Shown piece after piece: positions 36,175 to 46,439 of a stretch of 64,000 nucleotides of DNA; the stretch's first letter is position 1; every line of letters starts with the position of its first letter. Origin of the DNA: Selaginella moellendorffii (Eukaryota; Plantae; Lycopodiophyta); NCBI RefSeq assembly GCF_000143415.4, contig NW_003314362.1, positions 248,001-312,000 of the forward strand. The letters run 5' to 3'. The notes beneath the pieces are model-generated. The model saw nothing but the letters and a program-made list of their open reading frames with translations, did not search any database and had not been told where the DNA came from. The translations under genes were made by a program, and so were the position numbers.

Positions 36175-38229
36175 TGGACTGATGCTGATCGATCAGCATC
36201 GACCGGATCCATCACAGTAGATTAAAAAATTCACATTGTTAGATACGTTAACAAGCTATTAATGTAGACTTTGGATGGGATGGCCGGCTATCTGGCTAGA
36301 ATAAAGAAATTTGTTGGCACAAGGTCACAGGTTCGAATCCACAGCCAGAGAGACCCAACTTAAATTTTTTGTTTAAGACTAGCTCGAGGGACATTGCATG
36401 AATCAAAATATCGTTTTGCATGGTCAATCCGAATTCCCGTTTTGAAAGAAAGCCAAGATCATGACCTTGCCTGCTCTGACGAGGGGAAGGGCCAGGTTTG
36501 ACAATCATCTTTGCTTCTCCTCGAGCGCTGTGGCTACACTCTCGGATCACACAGGATGGATTCCTTCCGGACGACACGGTGATCATTGGGAGCAAACAGG
36601 ATCCTTCTTTTTCTTGAACCTTCCACATTTTGTCAAGAGAAACAAAGAGAAAAGAAGACTGTATCTAGCCCAGAAAGAAAAGAACTAAGCTCTCCTCCTC
36701 CAAGATCTTATGAATTTGAGATATGCAACGATCCAGGCAGGGAGCTGCTTAATCGAGTCCAAAAACAGTTTCGATGGAAGCAATGGTTGGAATTGAGGTG
36801 GAGTCCCTCTATGGCTTCCTTGCCATTCTGAGGACTTATAGTCCGGGAGCCATACAGGCGGCAATTTCTACTTCATGACGACGCAAATTGACGAGATGGA
36901 AATGGATTGGTCTCATGTGGTGTGGATGCAAAGCTACGAAATGGTGGATGGTGAGGGCCTAGGTTGCTCACTCTGTGGCCAGGATTGTACCAGAAGTGCT
37001 TGTCACTGTCATGTGTGCTCGGTTTGCTTAGACAAATTTGTAGTAGATATTAAAATATGCTTGAATATTATTTATCATATATTAATATTCACTTTTATAC
37101 TTTTATACTTTTATACAATGTTAAACTTTCAGATATAATATTTTTCTGTTACTAATGGGTATTATTCTTATAACTACCAAAATATTTAGTTTCATCTACA
37201 GGACCATCACTAAATACTAATTAAAATAAGAAAAATGAATCATCCATTATAACACATGTATTCATTGCCTTTGTTTTAAAAGTGTCTAGTTGATCATAAT
37301 TATGAACATTATTTTTATGATTTTTAGAAATATTTTTAAATTGAAAAAGAACATTTAAAGAAATTAAATTACAAAGTTGTGGGATTTGTAAAATGAAAAT
37401 TCATACTTTAGCAGTAGTGTTTAGTAAATGAAATTACATTTTAAATATGGAAGTAAAGCTCTAGATTTCATTATCCAAAAGCAGCAATATTTATCATAAC
37501 TATAGCCAATTTAGAGTTTTAACAACTTTTGTGGTCGTGTTAGCCTATGTAATATTTTCACCTGATTAGATATTATTTTTCCAGAGCTTTGATTTAGATT
37601 AATAATGTATCATTGTAGTTCTAACTTTACACCCAATTCTAAACTTAAGGATATTTTTGCAGTCTTTCATTTAAATTATATTAAGTTGTTTTAGTTTCCC
37701 GCCATACTGATATAGCTTCTTTATCACGTACAAACAAGAACCTTCTTCTAGGAACTGCCCTAATGTGAAATGTACTGACATGGATCTCATTTGTACGACA
37801 GCTAGAGCATTGCTCAACTAGCCTTGCCTGTAGAAGGTCAAGCACTCGTCATCTCTTTCATGAAATCTATTCTTCTTTTCACAACAGTAAGATCGAGTAC
37901 CTTGCACGAGATCTTGCACGTTCGTTGTGTTCATAGACTCGTGTGAGCACTGGCTTGATTGTTCGTCCTTTATAAAGAATAAAAAAGTCGGTGGCCCGAT
38001 TGATTGCTGGTCCACTTGCAAGTGAAACGAAAGTGCGTCATTTGCTCGCTGTTGATAGGCGTCAACGGCAGCGAATCGTCACGCAGATATATGCTTGGAG
38101 CACTCGATAAACAGAGAGATGAGCATGGAACACCTTCTTCACCTATGGAGTAAAAAAGAAAGAAAGATGAATCCATCGTGAAAGGAGTGCTTCGAGAAAT
38201 TGTCAAATAGTCAAAAAAGACGATGCAAG

Positions 38230-39300
38230 CTTCCGTCGCCAAACATGACGGGAGTGGATATTCCACGAACTGGAGGCCTCGTCTTTGCCATTATCGCTGC
38301 TTGGAGAGCAATCTAAGAATCTCATTGTCAAATTCCTGTGCAGCGTCGAGTGCATGGCATTGTGTCAGAAACGTAATGCTTCCACTCTTCGGTTTGCCGC
38401 TTCTTTGAGCCGCGCTGTTTGGAGAAAAGTAAAGAGAAACAGAGTGTTCTTTCGTGTTTATAGTCTACAAGCAAGCAGCTTTTGTTCACCTGCGAAGTGT
38501 AAAGCGCAACTGGAACGTTGGAGACAAAAAAAGTTTCTTTGACGATTTGCTTGGTCCCGGCCTCAATAAAGGCAAGGCTGTGTCCAGCAAACAGCATCGC
38601 CAAAAGCAGAGCTGGCAAGACGAACACCATGACTAGAAAAGTTGTTATTAAAAAATACGAGACCAAGTACCTGAATTCTTTGTGCTCGAGCAGACTGTAC
38701 GTGAACAAATCCAGGTTACAAGAAACCACTGCCGCAACCACCAAATACTGTTAGTGGCAGTGAAATACCAGTGCCAGGGATGCCTAGAAGTCACCACCAC
38801 CCGATAGGAAATTAAACTGGAAAAACCTCAGTTTCACAAATATCCATCTCCCGTACAAAACGAAAGTCTCTCCAAGAACGACACACCCGCAAGTTGGAAG
38901 CAAATTGGAGCATGCCTCCCTTCTTTGCTTACTCGATAGGAAGAATTTTTGGAGAAGACATCTGGTTTTGTCACGGCATTCATAGAGGCTGGTAGGTCGG
39001 ATGGCACACGAGATCCATGCCACGCAAAGGGCAAGCTGACGATTCCTCATAAATCTCAAGTGCTAGTCGATCAATCGTAGTTAGGACAGTCTCGATGCTG
39101 CTAGGTAGAGTGCGAACCATGCAACAGAAAGTGAACCAGTTGACGAGCTGGCAAACCATCTGCATAACAAAGTTTTTTTGTGAGAATCGCGAATGGATAC
39201 TTACTGTCCACTTTGCAACAACTTTGGGAAACGAAAGTTCAAGTTCTATCGAGCTTGCCACGACTATCCAGCTTAAGCACCGAGCGACAATGAGCGGGTG
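38230..39300 (-). pseudogene. GPI mannosyltransferase 3 (PIG-B/GPI10)-like, apparently degenerate
   Basis: QLVNWFTFCCMVRTLPSSIETVLTT, ISCAIRPTS, YSLLEHKEFR, NVPVALYTSQV and MPC in order. I could not build a clean frame. Confidence 0.65.
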
Positions 39301-39560
39301 CATAGCTAGACAAAGAAAACAAGAATGTAAGACCCTAGGTAAAACTCCATTTGAGTCATAGGCGTGCATTTAAAGGCATAGCAATCCAAGGTGGCTTATG
39401 TTTGCTACAAGCTGTATTTGTTTGTGACTGCTAGATTTCAACTAAGATTGATGTGAAATGCCAATTCTAACAAAGAATTGTATTGGAAAATATTGGGCGT
39501 AGACCGCAGTCTAGAAAGAATGAAGGCCAACCTGGCAAAGACGGAAGCTGTGGCTGCCGC

Positions 39561-41108
39561 CTAGCAGACGCTGATCTGCCTGTAGTGGCTGGGTCTGCCG
39601 TCCGGATACCTCACAAGAACCATCGTAAAGCCGTCACGCTTGAGCAGGAGCTGCTGGCTCAGCTCGAGCTGTTCTCCCAAACTTTCGGACCCTCGGATAA
39701 CCTTGGAATGGAGTAGCATGAACTTGCCATCTGCCCGCTCCACCACCGCGTTGTGCCATGGTGTTGGGATGTGGAAGTTCTTCTCCTCGGAAGAACGCTG
39801 GGCTGCCACTAGAGAGGAATGGATGACGTTGATGCCATACTTGGGACCTCTGTTTGGATGAGGGTGGATGGAGATGCGGAGCTGCAAAGGGAAGAGCCAC
39901 TCCACCATGGCCGAGTAGGCACGGTTCCTGAGGATCATGAGAAAGGCAACTCGGCTGCACAACTTCTTCTTGGCCGATTTTGACGGAAGGTTCTTGCAGC
40001 TCTTGTGTTCGTACAAGTCCTCGAGCATGAACCTGGAGAAGCCACGATATAGATTGCGTGTCTCCGGGTCCTCTTTGATCTCCTTGGTGACAGTTGACTC
40101 ATCACATCCAAACAAGCACATGAGAGCTCGCCTGGCATTCTCTGCATTGGCGGTGAGCTCGGTCCCGACGGGATGCTCCACGGTGGTGTTGGAAATGAGC
40201 TTCGTAATGCTGTCCTCGCTGTGGTTGTCCAGCAGAAACTCATCCAAGCGAAAGAAGCTGACCAGGCCAGGATACAGACTGTGTGCCATCTCCCAAAACA
40301 TCTCTCCATAAGAATCCACGGCAGCATCATCCGAGCCGACCAGATCAGAGAAGACATGACCATCCGAGACGACGTTGTAGTGCACGCCTGGAGCATACAC
40401 GGCCTTGATGAGATCCGCAACGATCTTCATGGAATGGATGGCTAGCTCCTCTGCCTTGTCGGGGCATTTTCCCAGTGTCTTGTCGGGATTGCACGACTTG
40501 ATTGGAAATGCCGGCAAGACGAACTCGAGTGGAACATTTCTTGCAACGTGGTACCTCACTCTGTCTGCAAATCTTTGTTTGCCTCTACTGGTGAACCACT
40601 GATCGTGCTTTGGAAAGTGGATGTAATTCTTCTCGATGATGTCCACAACTTGGGAGGTGATGTCGTCCACCTCTTGAGGTGTGTGTGAAGTGAAGGGCTC
40701 CAGAAGGCAATCTCTGGTCATGACGCTGTTGTCCAGCAGCAGAGACGCCAGATAACTCATGCTCTCGCTATCCTCCTGGAGAGTCCCTTGACCGGGATCC
40801 TGGATGAAAACCACGCCCTCGAATCCATTCCCAATGTATCTCTCGTAGACGATGGCTTCCCACGGTGAGCATGAATCAGCTCCAAGCATGGACATGCTGT
40901 AGCTGTTGATCTCCGGAGCCATGGACATTGTGGCTTGCTTGGCTGCCTCTAAATCTTGTGCCTTGTCACTCGCGACCATGGAAGAGAACAAGAAATCACA
41001 CTTCGCTGCTACTGGGACATGCCTGGACGCAGATTGTGAGACAAAGGCAATCTCACTGCTCTCTCTGTGGATATACAAGAACGCAATCTTGTCCTTTGGA
41101 AAAGCCAT
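39561..41108 (-). CDS. Isocyanide (isonitrile) synthase, DIT1/PvcA/IsnA family; intronless, 515 aa from ATG 41108 (alternative ATG 40979)
   Basis: FVLPAFPIKSCN..KTLGKCPDKAEE, VVSDGHVFSDLVG, YRGFSRFMLEDL, MILRNRAYS, FPLQLRISIHPH..GPKYGI, HIPTPWHNAVV. Confidence 0.9.
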   Translation of the reverse strand: MAFPKDKIAFLYIHRESSEIAFVSQSASRHVPVAAKCDFLFSSMVASDKAQDLEAAKQATMSMAPEINSYSMSMLGADSCSPWEAIVYERYIGNGFEGVVFIQDPGQGTLQEDSESMSYLASLLLDNSVMTRDCLLEPFTSHTPQEVDDITSQVVDIIEKNYIHFPKHDQWFTSRGKQRFADRVRYHVARNVPLEFVLPAFPIKSCNPDKTLGKCPDKAEELAIHSMKIVADLIKAVYAPGVHYNVVSDGHVFSDLVGSDDAAVDSYGEMFWEMAHSLYPGLVSFFRLDEFLLDNHSEDSITKLISNTTVEHPVGTELTANAENARRALMCLFGCDESTVTKEIKEDPETRNLYRGFSRFMLEDLYEHKSCKNLPSKSAKKKLCSRVAFLMILRNRAYSAMVEWLFPLQLRISIHPHPNRGPKYGINVIHSSLVAAQRSSEEKNFHIPTPWHNAVVERADGKFMLLHSKVIRGSESLGEQLELSQQLLLKRDGFTMVLVRYPDGRPSHYRQISVC

Positions 41109-41222
41109 GGATTGAATTGAAGATATCAAAAGAAGTGAATGAAATGGTCCCTAGATGAAAATTTGGTGTGTAGAAATCTTTAGCTGTGCTGGGGATGGAT
41201 ATGTGGGTTGTGACCCCGCAGC

Positions 41223-41231
41223 CTTTTATAT
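41223..41231 (-). promoter_or_regulatory. TATA box upstream of the isocyanide synthase
   Basis: The minus strand reads GATATAAAAGG about 115 nt upstream of ATG 41108. Confidence 0.55.
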
Positions 41232-44169
41232 CTGGGAGGGGTCGCTCATGTTTGACTGGCTTGACATTTGAAGACGTGCTCAATTTAAATTCCTCTCAGC
41301 ATTGAGACGAGCACAAATGATTCTCTAACTTGTTTAGTAGAAAGTGTTCTAGCTTCACACTCAGTTTCTCAGCTGAAACACGTGACGAGATACTTGTCAA
41401 ACTAATAATTCAATGAAATATTCTGAAACAACTACAAATATGCGTATGTAGGGGCATTACAGAGGTAATAACCAATGGTGTAAAGTATATACTTGTGGAT
41501 CTGGAACTTCTAGTGGATTGACAGGAGGTTGAAAACAGTGGATGGGCTTCATATAGAACTATATTCTTCTTCATCACAACCATCCCTTTACCTATAGCAT
41601 GCAGAGCGATCCCTGCATTATCAAAATATTCACATTACATTATCTCTATCTTTTGAAATTGTTATGAAATCATATAAACCTTTCCATCACTTTCAAAAGT
41701 CCATTGTGAGCACTGGAGTGTATCCTTGGAAAACGTCTCATACACAATCGTGCTCACAAAACGCAAAGCAAACTGCAGCTCGTAACTCTTATAAGCGTCT
41801 CCAACTCGCATGTAGAGAACTTTGTCATTTGACTCGGCATTGCCAGAAGTCACGCTGCCAAGGCCGGCATTGCCCGGATGACGCTTGCCAAATCCGTCAA
41901 GGTCTTCTCCAGAACATGTGCCGGGATTCGACCCCACTGCCTGTACCTCTCACTCCTGCAGGTCTTTTTCCGGGAACACCTCTTGCCTCAGAAGTGCAAG
42001 CTCCCTGCTAGACCAAACCGGCAGAAAAAACGTTTCGCATTTTTCGTATTCTTTGTAATTAGGAAGCGCTTTTCCAGGACATCCGTCCGCCAGAAAGAGA
42101 TCGCTGTCAGCTCCACCTCGAAGTAACTAGAAAAGGGCGCGGCAGGGACGAGATAAAATTCCCCGGCTTCAAAGCAGCAGTGCGCCAGTCATCAATGAGA
42201 CTAGATCGTTCAGAGCTTCTGCTTTCGCTTGACCATCTCCTAATTTTAGAATCTCAAATGGTTTTCCTGAGGGCAAGGATCGTAGGTTCCTCGCTAATCC
42301 CGTCTATGGAAAGTGCGGGCGCGCGGACGCCTTGGGAGTCTTCCACGAGATGGAAGATCATTCTCGGCATTTGCCCGAAATGCCTGGAAGTGAAGCTATC
42401 CAGGCCAGCGGCGACAACTATCGCGTGGATGGATCTCCGCCGGATCGGCATTGATAGCTACAAGCACGTGACGGAATAGATCGAGAAGCATTTGCCGGAA
42501 GAGCGCCAGGGTTTCAATGCCTACGGCCAAGCTCAAGCCACAATCGTCTTCCAGGAGATCGAATTCAAGGACGCCAGCTCCTCGAAGAGATCAAGCCCAA
42601 CCACCTTTGTCAGCCTTTGTCTGCGCTGAGACTGTTCCTCGACCCCTGTCAAGTTTCCAAGTTGCCGGGGCGGCGGGTCTTCCCAAAGTTGAGCCGCTGC
42701 CCAAAGCGGAAGAATTGGCGGTGGTGCTGTGTATAACACTTGGATGCTCGAGCTATATTTTTTCTTTTTCCCGAAAATGCTTCAAAAATGCTCGATGAAA
42801 TGCTCAGACTGGAAGAAGATGAGCTCTTGAAACGAAGAAAGTGATGGAAGAAGTTCTTTAAAATACAAGAGAGCTCACATATATCCTTGTGGCTTGATCG
42901 CGGTCACGCGAGAGCTTCTCCACGGTCTCCAAAGAGCGTCCTTGCTATCCCGGACGCAAGGTCTTTGTCACCATAGCCGGACCTCGCGTTCTATCCAGCG
43001 GAAACCGTAGCATCACGGAGGATTGAGGCGGATACGTGGCCTCTCCCACGAGGAGATTAAATAGCTTCGCTGCGAATGCGCTAGACTTGTAGCGATGCTC
43101 CACCTCTTCTCGTCGAGATTCATGGCGGCCTCGGCTGTTCTTGAGAGCAGTGATGAGCGCTCCATCACTCTTTTGGAGATACTCCTAAGCTTGCGGGCTC
43201 TGCGACCTTCGCCTCGCAGCTCGAGCCAGTCACACTTCTTTTCGACGTGGGACTTGAACGATGCGGCGCTTGAGCTCGTGATCTTGTTCTTTGCGGTGAC
43301 CCGGACGATGCCCACCGGATCGATCTCTCCCGAAGCCCACCATTTGAGTCCAACGGCAATGCACGGGATCTTGTCCATCCTTCCTGCTCGTATGTTGCAC
43401 ACCGCGGCGGCACAGCCGTAGTAGAAGATCTCGAAGGCATCGTCTGGCCATTCATCCGCTCCTCTTCCACCGAGAACTCCCGGAGTGATTTGCTGGTTGA
43501 TGGAGTGGTCACGTCCATACATCCGGAGGACTGCCTCGTTTGTGAAACTCTTGGCTTGCTCACCGAGAGAAAGAGCTTGGACAAGTCATGGCCACTATGA
43601 GCTTCACCATCTTCATTGTCTTCTTTACCATCAACTTCTTTTTCCTCATTGTTTTCTTTCTTTTCATCTTGGAAGGAATCAAAACCCGGATCACCTTAGC
43701 ACTCTTCCTCTTCTTCTTAGAGGCGCTCTCCAAACTTTGGAGCCAGAGACGTGAATGCTGCGAGCATGTGACTGACAATCGGCTGGTATCCCACTCTGTC
43801 CAAACTGGATTGTCCCTGCTAGAGAAGGCAGTACCTAACACCTTCATCTGGAAAGACATCCTCTCGAAGAAAAACATGGCAACCACCTCATTGATCCTCT
43901 TCAATCAAGTGTTTAAAGATAAGGGTGTGGTCAAATGTTTACTGTTGAGTGTTTAATGAAATTGGCTATATATATTAGCATTTTATGTATTAGTATTTTC
44001 CATTTCATCAGTGGAGGCTTTGGTTTCAATACTGTCCTGTTATTGCTACTGCAATGGAAAGTAATGATGCAAAAATTCTTTCAGGAAATGAAAAGTCACA
44101 AGAGTTATAAAAGATCCTTGCTGGTGCATGAACAGTTTACTCAAATCTCATAGGGAAATGGTCAAGAAA

Positions 44170-44830
44170 GTTTAATTGAGGCCAAGAACGTTTTTGACGA
44201 GATGCCAGATAAGAGCCTTGTGTCCTGGAACCTCATGCTGGGAGCTTGCTTTCAAGCTCGTGAAATCGAGCAAGACAAGGTGGTGTTTGAAACAATGCCC
44301 AAGAGAGACAAGATATCCTAGAACATAATTCTGGCTGGCTACGGTGTTCATCACGGGAAACTTTTGGAGGCCCAGAAGATTTTCTACGCTCGCAGCATTG
44401 TCTCCTGGAACACGACGTTCTTCTCGGGAAAACGCTCGAAGAACCGTGCTGCCGCTTCTAAGTTGCTGTTTCCAGTGACAGATCCGAGCACAACACCATG
44501 ATCGCGGGAAATGCTCAGGCCGGAGAGCTAAGCTCCTGCTTCGATCTGGTGGTGAAGATGGCAATCGAGGGACTCACTCTAACGAGCAAACCTTCTCCAG
44601 TGTTCTCGCTGCGTCCAGCCATGGCAGAAAGCTAGAACAGGGACTCCGCCATTTCGTGCTCATGAGCGGCGACTTTGGAATCACAGCTTTGAGGGAGCAC
44701 TACGATTCAGTCATAGACATCCTGGGACGGGCCGGGAACCTGGAACTCGCTCGAGAGGTCGTCCAAGCCATGCCATTTCTCCCGGATCTTCTGGCTTGGG
44801 GGGTGGCTACCAGATGCAAAGTGGTGAAGG
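44170..44830 (+). pseudogene. PLS-E PPR remnant
   Basis: DFGITALREHYDSVIDILGRAGNLELAREVVQAMPFLPDLLAW; upstream repeats are frameshifted. Confidence 0.8.
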
Positions 44831-45079
44831 CTTCACGCAACAAGCAGCCAGGAGCGTTTTCGAGCTGGGCTTGGGGTGAGCAAACAACCATACCAAGTGG
44901 TAGACAAATTCACGTTATATCATTGTTTTTAAACTATGATTTGTATGATCAAATTACACCCTGGTTTACATTGATCTCTTCATGTAAGGCGCTCACCAAG
45001 TTGGCTGATGGATGCATGTATTTAAGACACTCAAGCTGCTCGAACTTCGCTACTAAAACCGGGAGCACTCCTCTTCACT

Positions 45080-45848
45080 CCACAGCGCCTCCTCCTTTGA
45101 ATCGTCTTCTTGATCTTACTTCTGCAATTCTCCACGATCCAGGGATGCTCCAGCACACCATCCAGCATCAACCTCTCGCTCGGCTGCCAGCATCCCGCAG
45201 ATGAGATCCACCACCTCGTCTGAGAGAGGACAACCATCCGGGAATTCCCCGGCTCGCAACAACTCGATCCCCATGGATTGTTTGTAGCCTCTCAGCAGCT
45301 CATATGCGATCACTCCCAGTGCCCGAGGCGCTCAAGGGGATACGTACCAGCGGCATCGTCCACCGGGATCTCAAGACGGAGAACATCTTCGTCAAGCTGG
45401 ACGCTACTGACGACCAGATGTCGCAGTGCTGTGGAACCGGGAAGTATATGGCCCCGGAGGTCACGAGCTGCAAGGGTGGTCATGGCGACGCAAGGCCACA
45501 GAGCTTTTACACTGCGGCCTGGATGGTCTTGGCGGCCTCCTCCTCGCCCAGCGGCCCTCCCTTGATCAATCGATGGAACAGGCTAGGACCGCACAGCTCC
45601 ATGACCATGGTCCCGTAGCAAGCTCACGAAGCCCGCCAACGAGACCACTCCAGCGCAGCCACGGAGCTTGGACATGAGCCGGAGCTCTCTCCCGTCCCCG
45701 ATGGAAAAATTAGCTCGTAGCACCCTTGAGCACGAAAACCTGGCCCTGGCTCCCCCAGCCTCTGGCCCCTCGTGTAGATCTTGAGGAGCTCGGCACAATC
45801 GTCGTCCTCGAACTCACCCTCTTCGCGCACCATCACAGAGCTTCTCAA
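45080..45848 (-). pseudogene. Ser/Thr kinase (CAMK/PPCK-like) pseudogene with an inverted central segment
   Basis: Minus strand: RELRLMSKL, VMELCGPSLFHRLIKGGPLGEEEAAK, ALGVIAYELLRGY, VLEHPW. Plus strand, in between: IVHRDLKTEN and GTGKYMAPEV. Confidence 0.8.
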
Positions 45849-46439
45849 GCTTCCTTGATATGAGTGGGATGGCTTTTTGCCGACGGCTGAGATGTGACTC
45901 GATCTAGCCGAGAATATTCTAATTGTTTTCTTGGGAGTTGACGGCTTCTCCTTGAGCCGTCCCTTGAGTCACCGGACCAGCTTTTGCGAGTTCCCCGACC
46001 TCCTCGGCGAATACATCAAAGTCCCTCCTAGTAGATCATCCACTTTGCACATGTTATATTGAGGCTTGAAAATTTGCCTTTGTATGAAAAACACGTAAGT
46101 CCTTGAGAAGGAGCACAAGCTCCTCCAGAGTCCTGTCACAGGTTGATTGCAAGTCGTTTATCTGCATTTTCAATCTCAGAACAAAGCTCCCAACGTGAAT
46201 AAAGCTTTGTAAAGGAAGTAGCTTTGCTTATAGACGTTACAAGCCTCCAGTTCTAGGGGCCCTGGCTTCTCCTTGTGCTTCCAAATGCGAGATCAAAATC
46301 TTGTGGAAGCTTATATAACTATAAAATGTTTGGAGGTTTGCAAGAAGTACTTATTTCTGGAGCATTAATCTAACTTACAACAATGCTGTTTTGCTTATCT
46401 AGAGGTACACTAATTTATTAAGTACAGAGGTATACACTT

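Noticed and set aside
39561-41129. Isocyanide synthase as a contaminant contig, and the ORF-track start at 41129
   Set aside because: No gap separates it from plant sequence, although read-level confirmation is still needed. 41129 is a TTG; the first ATG is 41108.
41662-41937. 91-aa ORF upstream of the isocyanide synthase as a pathway partner
   Set aside because: No recognisable domain and a non-ATG start.
43013-43956. Lys-rich/acidic and overlapping ORFs
   Set aside because: Broken frames and no assignable family; probably decayed coding sequence.
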